This document shows, in pieces, positions 38,670 through 52,203 of a stretch of DNA of 64,000 nucleotides. Below the pieces are notes generated by a model. That model did no database searches, was not told the DNA's origin, and saw nothing but the letters and a program-made list of their open reading frames with translations. The stretch is taken from assembly GCF_018977255.1 (NCBI RefSeq), contig NW_024704742.1, positions 47,742,001 through 47,806,000 on the forward strand, in the 5' to 3' direction. Origin of the DNA: Callorhinchus milii. Taxonomy: Eukaryota. The position numbers and the translations under genes are program-made. Position 1 is the stretch's first letter. Each line of letters starts with the position of its first letter.

Positions 38670-38870
38670 ACAACAACAACAACTTGGATTTATACAGCGT
38701 CCTCCACGCCAGACAGCGTCTCAGAGTGCTTCACAGTAACGGATCCCGGAGCCGAGCCGGGGGGAGGGGGAGGAAGGTGACCAAAGGCGCGGTCGAAAAG
38801 AAAGGTCTCAGCCAAGACCTGAAAATAGGAAGAGAGGGGGCGAGGCGAGCGGAGTGAGGAAGGGAAGGCT
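38670..38870 (-). mobile_element. L2 3' fragment (tail-to-tail with a short plus-strand L2 tail at 38611-38662)
   Basis: (AAC)n on + strand followed by the reverse-complement L2 end. Confidence 0.85.
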
Positions 38871-39140
38871 AGGGTATGGACATTGGATGACAGGAACAAG
38901 CTCAATCCCCCACAGTCAAATGGCTTGCCAACACTCTAGGCCAAAGCTCACATATGAAAAATGTTCTCTTGGAACCAGAGGGTGACCTGTCACGGGGAAC
39001 CATAGCCGAAGGAGGAAATAGAAGGAACACTGTCAGGAGAGGAGGCGGGGGGGAAAAAAGTTACTCTTCATGAGCCAATACCACTGCACTGTATAAACAT
39101 TTCTAGTGCAACAACATTGGAACACAGCAACCTTGATATC

Positions 39141-39160
39141 TGTGTGTGTGTGTGTGTGTG

Positions 39161-39193
<33 letters not shown>
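39141..39193. repeat. Compound microsatellite (TG)n(TA)n
   Basis: Direct reading. Confidence 0.95.
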
Positions 39194-39200
<7 letters not shown>

Positions 39201-39249
39201 TAGGGCAAGACAAACTCATGGATAGGTCACAGTATTGAGTGTTGTTATG

Positions 39250-39700
39250 ACGGAATCCTTTTACAGAAAGGATATCAGAGCTATGGAGAGAGTAAAGGGT
39301 GGATGAACTTGAGATGACACCAGAGATTTAGCATAATTACAATTAAAAAACTAAAAACACTGGGGCAGTAGTCAATGGAGGAGAGAAGTTTAAGATGTCA
39401 ACTAATTGACTCCATGAAATTATGAAAGAATTTGACATGGTAAATAGTGAAAAATTATTTCTAATGATATGTGAAATGGGAGCAAGGGGGCAGCAATCGT
39501 TCCTAGTACAAATTTGTTTCACACAAAAGGTTTATCAGGATGTAGGGCAAGTTATTTTGCAAGGCCACTGAAGCAATATCAATTGACGTAAAAAGGAATG
39601 GGAAAAAACATACGAAGAATGAAGACATAAAAAGCATAGCGGAAAGAGCAGAGACATGAGATTAGAGCAGATTGCTCCAGAGGGGAACTGGGTACCCCAG
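39250..39700 (+). mobile_element. CR1 relic
   Basis: Degenerate RKDI..LERVQ...ERR.LRG.LI motifs. Confidence 0.6.
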
Positions 39701-39711
39701 CAGAGCTAGCA

Positions 39712-39903
39712 ATCCTTTCAAAATAATAATTTGGTAACTCAATCCACGACTATTTGTGGGACACTGCTGTGCGCAATTGGCTGCCATGTTTCAGCCATAA
39801 AATATACAGTCAATTCAGTTTACGGTATATTCTGTGAAGCGCTTTAAGATGCCTCAAAGACGTGATAAGGCACTTTATCAAATGTAAGGATTATTATTAT
39901 TAT
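39712..39903 (+). mobile_element. SINE 3' half
   Basis: Body and (TTA)n tail. Confidence 0.85.
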
Positions 39904-40854
39904 GAGCTAAACAAAAAATAAGTGCATTTATACAGCATTAAAATGTCTCAAACCATTTTACAGTAATCACTGTCAACTGGAATTATTACTTATAAGGCAA
40001 GGGCAATTTACAGCCAGACACTTTTTTTAAAAAAAAACAGGATAGCTAACAACTGGAACACATCACCAAGAAGTGTAGTAGAGGCTCGGGCACTGGACTG
40101 ATTTTAAAAAAAAACAGCTCAATGCTGTGATGGGAAGTTTGGTATTCTGGAAGAATGATATTGAACAGGCTTCATCATCCAAACCTCTCTTGTGAAATGT
40201 GGAGATCATTTTGTGCATAGCAAACAGCCTTGAAATAAATAACCAAGTAATCTAAAGAATTGTTGACCCTGGGCAGTGGGAGAAACTCTTTTTAAACAAC
40301 CTTCATTTCTGATTGCAGAAAATCAGAATTTGATCAAAATAAAGTACCAGAAAGAAACCACTAGCAGAACAGACCAGTGTTAAACAGGGTCTGGCAATCT
40401 AGTGAAACCCAGGGAAGAAAATAGAGCCAGATAGTTTATATAGAGTCAATACAGAAAGTCACACAACCAAGTAGATCTTACGTTACAGTACGTCCATATT
40501 CACTGGCTACCTGACCTTTACATAGCGGTATGGGTGTACCAAGGATGCTAAATGAGCAATTACGAAATTATGGAGGTTGGTTGCACACTACAAGTATTTT
40601 CCACCAGGGAATAAGAGATTATCAGATCTCTCAAGGCCACGTTTCAGTTCTTTAACAACTTGCATCTCATAAAAAGCTCTTAGTAAATAAGGCTTCAAGG
40701 GAACAGCATGTTCTAAAGTACTGTTCATCACAACAAGAAATACAGGTAACTTCTGAGCTTGTACCTTTACTTCTAACAAACAGTCTTAATGTTAAGCCTA
40801 TTCTGAAGTACCCTTTCACCTAATAAAACTACAGTAATAGTAGAAATCCCTGAC

Positions 40855-41060
40855 AGCCAGGTGGGTAAATGTACTGCCCAGTATAGCATTAAGCCATACA
40901 GCCCAGATTCAATCCCCAGTCCATTCTGTATTAGCTGATCTCATCCGAGGAAGCAGACAAGCACTAAGGTTGGCATAATGTCCCTTGAGATTTTTGGGGT
41001 GACAGCGTGGGGGGACAGCCATTCAGACAGATATCTTAGTAGGTGAGCTTGTGTGGATAA
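40855..41060 (+). mobile_element. LF-SINE-like relic
   Basis: GTGGGTAAATGTACTGCCCAGT...AGCCATACAG...TTAGCTGATCTCA; related relics at about 29490-29760, 44865-45300 and 48080-48290. Confidence 0.5.
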
Positions 41061-43880
41061 CGATAAAAATTTTAAGGCACTCTGTCAAATGCAAGGATTA
41101 TTATTATTAGATACAACACCTTATCACATTGTCAAGACGTCTCGAAACACTTAACAGTAAATCTTGTGAAATGTAGTGATTGTGTATTGATAGAAAATAA
41201 GGACAGGGTTAGACCGAGCTTTGAATACCGCCCCTGGCAAGATGGTCTTTCCCTAAACCCTCTTACTCCACAAATTGCAATTATATTTACAGTCACTACA
41301 CTTCAGTATATTCTGTGAAACACTTTGAGACATCTGAAAAACGTGATAAGGTACTATATCAAACGCAAGGATTATTATTATTATGTAGCACCCTTCTTCT
41401 CACAGGATAGTCTCAGAGGGCTACATAGTGGGGATGTACGCCAATAAGGCAGAAGGTAAAGAACTATCTTCCTCTTTTTTTAAAAGAAACTTTATTCTAG
41501 TGGCTATCAAATTAATTTTAAATGCAGTTTTTCATATAAAGGTTCTTTTTTTAAAAAAAGGAAAAATCATCTAACATCGTATTTGTCATTGAATTCTTTG
41601 ACTTATCTGACAAATGAGGGGCATGCCCTGGAGCTCAGTGGAGGTCATCATCATCAAACAAGAGACAAGGCCCACGATTTAATCAAACAGGAAAAAGTAA
41701 ACACCTTTCAACAGGTAGGTACAACAAAGCAAAGAGCACCTCCACAGCTGCAAGCTTATCTGGCTCAGGCAGAGAAACAGTAGCTTCAGACATCACAGGG
41801 AGTATAACGCTACCTTGGCAATTGGGACATTTACAACATTAATCTATTTATGAGCACATCTCAGTCTCTAATCGAGTAACTCATCTTAATTATACACAGC
41901 CTTATCAGGACTCCTTCAAATTTGCAGCAAAATGCATTTAAAAAATTTTGCGGAATTGTGGAACTAAATCAAAAAAAGTTCTGAACAGAGTTTAAATAAT
42001 CTTCGTTCAAGCAACTGATTACAATGCAAATTGCTCGTATACAAAGAAAGGGAAAGCACTGGACAGAACTGATGCCATCATTAAGGCAGCTCAGGGTGCA
42101 AGGCATACTCACAAGTGAAGCGATTCCAGTGACTTTTCACTGTATATGTATACAGTGTACAAGGTATAGCACTGACAATTTTGCCGGGGATATTACAATT
42201 GTATTTTGTCCACGATATTGGAGGTGTGCATGGGGGAAGCGAAACGTGAAATTAAACTGAAGTGCATTTTTTAAAAATGGTACAAGAATCACCTACAAAA
42301 ACAGTCACTACATTTTGAGGAACCCGCTTTGACACAGTTTAGCATGATAAACTACATCAAACGCAACGTTTAATATTTAAAGTCAAGCCTTGCAAATCCC
42401 TCCAGGCAGTTTGAAACGCAACAGGCTGCCTCTTCTCCTGGGCCAACCGAGCCTGGACTCAGCAGTCTCAAGCTCATAAAACAGCCCCTTTTAATTACCA
42501 GCAAATTTCCATAGAACTGAGCCACTACCCCCAACGTAAGGAAAGACAAGTTAAATGTCTTTAGGAGCAGAGCAGCCAGATTAGAGTGCAATTCGGCTGA
42601 GAGACATTTTTTACAGTGCTCACATACACCAAAATCCGGGGAAGGGCAAGATCAACAACTCTTGGCACAATCCGAAGCAAGTTACTTTCAGTGCTCAGCT
42701 CTCAAGAGCCAGAGGACTGTAGTCTTGACCAGTGAATGAACAGCACTCGGCTATCACTATTTGCACATCAATCTGAATGGGCTCACGAGAGCAGCCAATG
42801 AGCCATCACTTGAATAAAGTTGCCCTTGAATTACAATAGAACAGATCGTTCAATTTGGCAAAGATCAGGTAGGTCACTCTGTCCAAGAAAATTAGATGCC
42901 ATAAAATGCAGTGTGGTGTGTGACAATGCTGTGGACTAAAGAGTGAGAACAAGAGGCACTAGCTGGAAGAGAATTTCATAGAACTATAGAAATTTACAGC
43001 ACGGAAGGCCATTGAGCTCATCGTGTCTGTGCTGGCTCTTTCAGGAGCTATCCTTTCAGTCCCATTTACCTGCCTTTTCCCACAGCCTTATAGTTTACTC
43101 CTTTTTAGTTATTTAGCGAGTTCTTTTTTGTAAAGCTAATATGGATTCTGCCAACCATTCCATATCCTTCAAATAAATAGTGTTAACAGAAACTTGACTT
43201 TGGATAGCACAGGACTGGAAATTAAATATACAGAATACAGAGATAGAGAAGGGTTACAAAGGGGTGTCAAAGAATTACACGGAATGATGCATCACGGAAA
43301 CAGGCCATGCCAATGTTTATATTCCACGCAAGCCTCCACCTGTCCCATTCTTCCCTGGCTCAGGTGCCCGGCCAGCTGTGTGAGGCTGCTTTGAGACATC
43401 CTCCCGACATGAAAGGAGCTGTATAAATATAATATGTATGATTGTAATTATATTTTTATTACTGTATTCACTTAAATATATGAATGGGTAACAAAAATGT
43501 AATTTCACTGCATCCTCTCCTCCTTTGTGTTTTATACCCACCTGTGCAAAGCAGCACAAGAATAGCCAATCCTGAAACAAACGGGGATCCTCTGTTGACA
43601 AAGATGACAAATCCTCTCTCCCGTCCCTGAGCTACAACCCAGAGGCTCTCTCACAGCCATAAAGCAAAATGGAGAACAAGAGGACCAACCAATTTAATCA
43701 GTCATGCTAACACAAGAGTGAGGGCTGACCTAGATTTGAGAATCTATTATAGGCAGAAGCACAACAGTGCATCAGTAACTATGGCTGAATGGAAGCTCGA
43801 TGCCAAAGGCACAATCTGTGTTCCCAAGTGCAAATCTGGTGAGATAAAAAGGAGGATTATATTCGTAGGCAGTGCCTTAC

Positions 43881-43991
43881 CAGTTTCAGAAACCACTGTG
43901 ATAATCGCTGGTTTGGATACTTTTGCAGGCTTGGATGATGAGGGGGATTTCTTAGGTTTCTTATCTGGAGGCAGCAACTCTGGTTCAGAAT
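43881..43991 (-). CDS. RFC1: RFC1 exon 4
   Basis: atgtag| ... |gtaagg; (D)SEPELLPPDKKPKKSPSSSKPAKVSKPAIITVVSET. Confidence 0.88.
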
Positions 43992-44234
43992 CTACATCAC
44001 GACAACACAGGAGTGGAATTCATTAGGCTTTTGCTCAGTCAGCACAAGTGCAAAAACATAAGCCTGCTGAAGCAAGGTTTTGTTCCCATTCCAATTTCTC
44101 AGTTACCACGCCCTTCTTTTAGAGCAGTTTACTAAAAATGCTCCGTCTGGCCACCAGTCTCCCAGTCTTCAAAAACCTTCCAAGAAATAGATGTATTTAA
44201 CCATGCCTTTGATTCATCCAAAAACTCTACTGCC

Positions 44235-44662
44235 CACATCCTTATCCACAGGAAACTCCCACTCTCCCCCATACTTGCCAGGTTCCACCAGCATCGACTC
44301 AAAGATCCTCACCTTTACCCCTCGTACCTCCCTACCTCTGTGATCTTCTCCACCCTCACTCTTCTGCTCATGCCCTCTGTTTGGAAAATCCAGGCCTGGT
44401 GATCTTACCTCTGTCCCCCACCGCTCCACCCCACCATTGGCAGCTATGCTTTCAGCCACTGTCTTCACCATCTGTAATTATCTCCGGCTCACTCTTTGGC
44501 TCCCCTCTAAATCTATATTCAAATGTTCCTTAAAAACCTACATCTTCAATTGTGCCTACAGTTTTCTCTCTTTCCCAACTCCCCTTGGTACTGGTGTCTA
44601 GTATCTATGAAGCACTGAGACATTACTCTACTGAAAGGATACTATATAAGCATAAGTTGTTG
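44235..44662 (+). mobile_element. Diverged L2 3' fragment
   Basis: Degenerate LHWLP..RI.FKIL...GG.AFS motifs and tail. Confidence 0.75.
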
Positions 44663-44917
44663 GTTACCATCATTAAATCTCTTGATTCCCTCCTCGGAAT
44701 CGACCACTAAATTTATCGAGCATTTTGACCCCTTTTATGTGAAATACTCTATGTAGAATTATAGAATTGTACAGTACAGTATTTGCAACTTGTAGATGTT
44801 CATACACACACCAACTACAATTTAAAAAGCATTGTATCATTTCAAAACTCTTAAAGGCTAGTTCCACAGTGGCTCATTTGGTAAATGTTCCCATATTATG
44901 GTACCATAATACCGCAT

Positions 44918-45224
44918 GGAGTCCTGTAACTCAGTAGTTAAGAGCATTTGCCTTGCAAGCAAGAGCCCTGGGTTCGCTTCCCGGCAGGGCGAAACCTTGG
45001 GCAAGTTTCCTTACTCCACACGCCTGATAATAATCACTCACGAAAAAAAAAATTGGTCACTTTAATCCACGACTGTTTGTGGGATACTGCTGTGCGCAAT
45101 TGGCTGCCGCGATTCACCCACAAAATATACAGTCAATTCACTTCACAGTATATTCTGTGAAGCGCTTTGAGACGTCTAGAAGACGTGAAAAGCACTATAT
45201 CAAATGCAAGGATTATTATTATTA
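44918..45224 (+). mobile_element. tRNA-derived SINE, full length
   Basis: Same family, slightly more diverged. Confidence 0.92.
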
Positions 45225-45517
45225 CCACTCAATAAAGTCTCGAAAGGTCCTAAACTCTGTCGCTGGTCTGTGTAGAGTCACCTTATCTCCACCCTCAACC
45301 ACAGAACAATGTTCTGCCAGCATGGGTGGCGAAACCAGACTGTAAAAGGACTAGAAACAGGAACTGGACAAGCTCCAATCAACTAAAAATATTCAGATCA
45401 TTAGAATGAGTGACAGACATCAAATGAGCCCTTGTGGGAAATTGAATGGCTAAATGGACCGATATCCTAGCCTGAAACTAACACTATAATAACAGGAATA
45501 AGTCAGTTCCCCAGGAC

Positions 45518-46720
45518 CACTCAATCCTCCTCCACCGCCTCTCCTCCCACCTCAACCTTCAAAATTCTGTCCTTGACTGGTTCAGGTCCTACCTTTCACA
45601 CCGCCACTTCATCTCTGCAAATTACTTCTCCTCCAGCCCCCGCACTGTCTCATGCAGTGTTCCTCAGGGCTCTGTCCTCGGTCCCCCCCTCTTCACCCTC
45701 TACAGGCTCCCCGTTGGTGACATTGTTTGCAGACATGGGGTCAATTTCCACATGTATGCGGATGACACCCAACTCTATCTCTCTGTCTCCACCCTCAACT
45801 CCAGGACTGCTGGCGTCCTGACCAACTGTCTGTCTGACGTTAAGCCCTGGACGAGGGACAATTTTCTCCAACTCAACGTCAGCAAGACTGAGACCCTCCC
45901 GATTGGCTCACACCAGCGCCTTCTCACGGCAGGCGATGGCAGCATCAGCCTTCACGGCTGCTCACTCAACCTCACTAAGCCAGTCAGGAACCTGGGTGTA
46001 TTGTTTGACCCTGAACTGTCCTTTCTCCACCACATCCGCATCATGACCAGCACTGCCTACCACCACCTCTGCAACATTGCCAGACTCCGCCACTGCCTCA
46101 CCCCTCAGGCTACCGAAACCCTCATCCAATGCATTCGTCACATCAAGGCTCAATTATGGAAACTCCCTCCTCATCGGCCTTCCCAACTCTTCCCTTCAAG
46201 AGCTTCAGATCATCCAAAACTCTGCAGCTCACGTACTCTTGCGCACCAGGCTCCGCAACCCCATCACTCCCACTCTCGCCCGACTCCACATCCCCCAGAG
46301 GATCGAGTTCAATATCCTCATTCTCACTTTCAAGGCCATCCATGGCCTTGCCCCCTCCTATCTCTCTGACCTGCTGACTCCCTACCAACCTGCCCGCTCC
46401 CTCGTTCATCGGGCTCCGGCTCACTCCATGTCTCCCACCCGACCCACCATCGGTGGCCGGGCTTTCAGCCTCTCTGCCCCCACACCCTGGAACTCCATCC
46501 CACAGTCCCTTCGCCTCGCTTCCTCCCTTGCCTCCTTCAAGGCCGGTCTCAAGACCCTCCTCTTTGATCGTGCCTTCAGTCGCCCTCCCACCTCTCTGCC
46601 TTCCCTCACCCCTACCCCACTCCCATGCTCTGGTCCTGACCCCTGACTGTCCTGTCAGCACCTTGGGACATCCTCCCGACGTGAAAGGCGCTCTATAAAT
46701 GTAATTTTGTTGTTATTGTT
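45518..46720 (+). mobile_element. L2-clade LINE, 5'-truncated, frameshifted RT ORF
   Basis: [13 protein letters not shown] motif, [40 protein letters not shown]...WNS.P...FKAGLKT.LF; (GTT)n-type tail. Confidence 0.93.
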
Positions 46721-47808
46721 GACCTTGCCACACCCAGAAAACGAACCTGGGCCCTCTCACTTGCAAGGCAAGCGCTGCACTGCAGGACTGCACAATGAAT
46801 GTACAAACACACCCCTGGCTAACTCCCTGCTCTCTGTGGTTATGTGCCACTTAGTGTAGGTTTAATTCTATGCATCGGTTCAGCTGTGGTAATAAAAGCA
46901 CAGGATTCCTGGGTGTGAAAAGCAACATCAATTGCTGCCTCGGCACATCACCCCAGAGTCTCAATTTTGCATTACCGAGGTTGATTACAAACACATTGAG
47001 TGCTCAATTGTCCCACAGAAGGTCCCACTGTGTCTGCCTCTCACCATTTTACACAACAGGAAAGCAGTCAATTTGGAATTCTCCTTCCGGAGCTGAACCA
47101 GCCACAGGATTAGAATCTGACCTGCAACCCCTCACGATTGTGCCTACAAAATACATAGTCACCACACTTCACAATGAAGCACTTTGAGACATCCTCCCAA
47201 CACGAAAGATGCTATCATATGTAAGGAGTGTTATTATTACAATCCTGTATATAAACTGGTTATCTAGGGCCAAGCACTTTCTACATCAAAAGACTGAGTA
47301 ACAGAGCTGTTCCTAGCTTTCTGTTCTTACTCTCCCCAATTTTCTCCATCCTCCTGAATGACGTTAAGAAGATACCTCTAGTTAAGTGTCAGTCAGTCTC
47401 TCAGAGAGGGAACCAGACAGGCACTAACAAATTATTAAAAAGCAAAAAACTTCACAGCCTCAAGAGAGATATCTGTAGGGCCTGAGTGCACAGGACATTA
47501 GTAAATGCACAACCAAATAAATTATTCACAAGTTATTTTCAGCACAAAGATACATCTCGTAATCATGCAACAATACATACTTTCCCGCCTAATAATCACA
47601 AGCATATACTTTAAAATTAAAGATACCTACATAGGAGAGAATTAAATGTCAATATCAGAAGGCTGCTAATACCAAAGTTTAAAACCAACAACAAATGAGT
47701 ACTTGATATGAAGCATCCCTCCCACAGCACTTGTAATTAATTCTGTCTTTTTTGTTATTCTGTATCACTTGCCATCCAGTGTCTACAATGACGTGCTGCT
47801 AATCTTAC

Positions 47809-47887
47809 CTGAATCATAAATAATGTGCTTCTTCCGGTGCGTTGCCTTCGGTTTTATGGCTATCGAGTCATCAGATGAACTCTTCCC
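47809..47887 (-). CDS. RFC1: RFC1 exon 3
   Basis: tttcag| ... |gtaaga; GKSSSDDSIAIKPKATHRKKHIIYDS. Confidence 0.9.
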
Positions 47888-48846
47888 CTGAAAAATACAA
47901 TGCATGTGAATCTGCCGCATTCTCACCATTAGGTCACACTCGGGAGATCCAAACAGATTTCTTGCCGTCTAGAAGAATGTTTGAAGTAAATGTGCCCTTT
48001 TTCCTTTCTCCAGGCCTTTGAAAAACAAGCTTGGTTCCAATGAAGCACTGGAGCGGATCAATCACCATCCAGTGCAACATTAAGCCAAACAGCCTGTGCT
48101 GGGTTAGCTGCCCACAACCAAGGCAACTGCTGGGGCATTGCAAATGGCTTCAGCAAAACCAGATTAAAGGAAGTGAAATCACAAATCAGACCAAGTTCCT
48201 GCTTCAGATCACTATTTGGACATCCCTGCTGGAAAGTGGGAATGGCTGGTGAGGACAGGACTGAGCTGGATACATTCCTTCAACAACCTGCGGCTTTCAC
48301 ACCACAACATGCATTTATATAGTGTCCTTCACACGGGGTAGCGTCCAGGACGATGGTGTAGTTTGACACTGAGCTGGGGAGAAACGGATAGTAACCCTTT
48401 CTGAGGAAGGTCTTGAGTTGCAATTTGAAAACAAGAACTTGCATTTATATAGCACCCCTCATATGGGGCAACATCTCGGAGCGCTTAAGAGGAAGTAAGG
48501 TGGAGGGATTGAGGCAGGAATTTCCAGGCGTAGTGGCTTGAAGCCACCACCACCAATGATGGCGCAGAGGGGTCACAGCATGAATGTCTCAAAGTTCCTC
48601 AGAAAGAAAGAAGCAGAAAGAAGAGGAAGTTAGAGCTTGCTGAACAACAGCTCATTAAATGAGAGATTTTTTTATAGAGAGTTGAGAAGGTGAAAGAAAA
48701 GATTATGGAGAGTTCCAGCTCGCGAAGACATTGTGACTGAAGGCTTGGTCACCAATGAAAGGACTGAGAAAATTTCCCCAAGATTCTGATTAAATAAAAC
48801 GCTGAACCACAGTATTAGTGCAGAGTCTCTCCCATCACTGACTGAC

Positions 48847-48978
48847 CTTGGGCTCCCTGGGTTTCTTCTTCACATCGGATGTCACTTTGATTCCGCTTTT
48901 CGCTCTGCTCTTCCTTTCAGAGGTCTCATTCCCACTTCTCTTTCCGGCAGGAATGGTATCGAAGAATTTCCGAATATC
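48847..48978 (-). CDS. RFC1: RFC1 exon 2
   Basis: gtgcag| ... |gtcagt; DIRKFFDTIPAGKR...KKPREPK (conserved PCNA-interaction-like DIRKFF). Confidence 0.94.
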
Positions 48979-51900
48979 CTGCACACAAAACATTACCGTC
49001 AGCAAACACCAATAGATCAAATGCAATTTTGCACTTCACAGATACAGGTAACAACATTAAACAAACAGCAAGAGGTATTACAATCCTGGCCAGAGATGGG
49101 TCGAAATTAGCTTTATGCTGAATATACATGAATCACCACAGCCAAGATAGACTCGGCTGCAAGTTCCTAAAAAGAAGAAATAGAACAGAAGTCCAAGATG
49201 TAGGGTGGGCATAGGTGATCAAACATCTATGGACTATTTATATACACTGGTATTATTTATGTAAAGGAATGTCTCATTGTGCTTGATCACTGGGATGCTG
49301 GAGAAAATGAAGAGTCATCTGTGGAAAGCAATGGATCCAGACACAGCAGCACTGGGAACAATCTGACTGATGAGAATGCAACCCTAGAGGTTTGAGGTTT
49401 TTATCTCCGTACAGGGTGAGGAATCGATCTCGCTCTCTCTTCCTCTCATTTCACTCACAAAATAAATCAATTCACTTTACAGTATATTCTGTGAAACTTT
49501 TCGATACGTCTCAATGACGTGATAAGGTACTATATCAAATGCAAGGATTATCATCATCCTCCTCCTCCAAGACGGAACTTCACAAAGCCGATCCTCAGTA
49601 ATCCTGCCTTGTGATTATTGATTTAGCTCCAAACACTGGGCGGACACATGGGGTCTGATTAAAGGATTGGACTTGTGGTGTTGGATGCATTTCTTCATTG
49701 CCTGACATCCAGGGATACATTCTTCTCACAATGGCTCCTGGCAACTTGGTGCCAACTCCAGTAGAGTATAGCTCCATCAACTCTTTGGAAACCAATCTAC
49801 CACAGGCAGAGACAGATCTATACAAAGAACCAGCCAACTGGACAGCCAAGCATATAAGTAACCCCAACAACAAATCCCGATCAACGCTCGTGGAGAAAAT
49901 GGGAACCCGGTTCAATGGTTACCACCCGAGGTAGCAACAAGTCACACAGGCCACAAAGCTGCAGGTTCAGGTTAAAGCTGAATTAACTGAACTCCACTGT
50001 GGTAACTGTCTTTGGCATGCATAGTTTTGGCGGGGGGAAGGGGGGTGGGAGGGATGGAGTGGAGTTGAAAAACAAAGCCAGCATTCGACACAGTCAAATT
50101 GTCCTCAATGCCATACAAAGGTGAACAGTCCATTACGAATTGCCACTTGAACAAGGTAGCAGAGTGGAACTGCACTCAGCAAACAGTTCAGCCGATCAGA
50201 GAATGTGCAAGAGGAGAAAAAAAATAACTGCCATCCAGTGTACCAGCAAAAGCTTCAGTCCTGCACTGCAGGAGCACTATAACAGACACTGGTTTGAGAT
50301 TGAACTGGGAACATTTTTATTCAAAAGGTTGGTCAGCAGCAGATCAGAACGGCAGATGTGATGATAGGACGCAGACTGAACTGGGATCAGGTTTGAAGGC
50401 CCGCAGGATAAATTGAGCTGCAAGGCTTTGTTGTACGAATCTCCATCACTCTCAGTAAGTGTCGAAAGTTTCTGCTCTGGAATTCACGTGCCTGGACCCA
50501 GAAGCATTACAATATACCATCTCACTGATAACAGGCAAACTGACAAACCCTTCTAAAAAAAAAACCGCAGCTCCCTTTCGTGGCTTTGTAACAAAGCAAT
50601 AGTACAAGTAATCGGATTTTCATTTCCTAAGCGCACCACTGAATTCCCTACACACTGACACAAAATGGGACCATTAGTTTGTCAGCATTAAAAGAGCTGG
50701 AGGATTAAAGCTTTAAATGACGCTATGCACTAAACTATCACCGAATGCACAAGCAGAACGCCAAGACCTCTCCCAAAATACCCACACTTTCTGCAGAAGG
50801 GAAAATCCCATACATCTGTATGGAACGAGGAACACAGCCTTACTGGTGGGCATTAGCTGCTGCCTGCAGACCCAATGCTTCTCAACTCCATCTTGAAATG
50901 GGACACAAATGACAATTAGGTCCAATCTCCACTCAACAGCCAGTCTGAAAGTTCTCCAGGTTACACACTAGCATTTCCTCTCTCTCTCTCACAGAGTGCC
51001 CTCTCACACCTGCATGCACCACGACACCATTCCACCAGCGCAGGAGGAGTCATCATTCCTAACTCTCAGATAATATATACTGGGTGTTTGGCTTCTTCAC
51101 CTTTCTTTCAGGCTTTTCCAGCTTTCGGAAATTGCAATCAGCCAGGTTGAGTATATCGCAAGTGGGACTTTCAATATTTGCAAATGCAAGTCGCTCACAG
51201 GCACATCTACTTTGGTTAGCAAATATCGCAAGTTAGATCCCAAAATCCTAGAATGGAGACATCAAACAGAATTCCATCATCCACGTGCAGGTTCTCCTCA
51301 AGACTGAACTCTCTGGACACGGGGATCCGGGGGCTGAATCATCACTGTTTTTTTGACGAGACTTTAAACCGAGGTGCCATCGTGTTGTTCTACTGATGTT
51401 AAGGTTTCCATGACACCATCCGAAAAAAATCAGTTTCTCTCAATGGTCTCGCCAACAATCCTCCAGATAAATTGGTCACTGACATCATTGTTGTTTGTAG
51501 AGCCGTCTCAGCACCACTTAGTTGCTGCGTTCGCCTGCAAGTACCCATCAGAAACCACCTGCAAAATGCTTGGATTAATTTCACTATTACAGTCATTATA
51601 TCAAACGCAAGGATCGTCAATATTATGAGTTCTCACTCACACTGCCGTGCTCACTTCCTTCCACAGGAAACCACAAGAAAATCTAAAAGCTCCTCGGCAG
51701 AGCACGTTCCACACCACTCAAAGAAACTCTTAATTAATACAAAATACACCCACTATTCTCAACACCCACCACACACCTGTCCCCCTGCCTGGATGCAGTA
51801 ACACCATCCACACAAAGTTGGGGGAGAAACAAATATGAAATATTCAAAAATACTCCACCTTCAAATGAATAATTCTGCACGTCAGTAATTGTGTACAGTC

Positions 51901-52052
51901 AAATTCCATCACAAGGACCTGCAACCTTAGGATTTGTCTCCTGACTGCACCACAGACAGCAGGAAAAACCTATGGTTGAAGGCATGGTGATAGAATATGA
52001 GGGTCCTTTTACCTCAAGTCAGACTCCGGAATACTAAGAAATGTAAAATTGT

Positions 52053-52203
52053 ATTCTGATGGACTGTGTTATTAATGGGGAGGGGAGCTGTGTGACGAAT
52101 GGAGGGTGGGGTAGAGGAAGAAAGAGTTTTGCTCCACCCACAACCCGCCTGCTCCACTCATCACACAGCTCCCCTCCCCATTAATAACACAGTCCGTCAG
52201 AAT
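52053..52203. repeat. Long inverted repeat, 52-bp arms, 47-nt spacer
   Basis: 52053-52104 vs 52152-52203, 49 of 52 complementary. Confidence 0.92.

Noticed and set aside
45752..46646. Reverse transcriptase ORFs as an active or domesticated gene
   Set aside because: 5'-truncated, frameshifted L2 copy with no endonuclease domain
48599..48630. Purine-rich stretch in RFC1 intron 2 as a counterpart of the human CANVAS repeat
   Set aside because: Short, irregular, not a pentamer array; the human repeat lies in a primate-specific Alu
49698..49990. TRFNGYH motif hinting at a Penelope GIY-YIG remnant
   Set aside because: Too short and degenerate to support without a profile search
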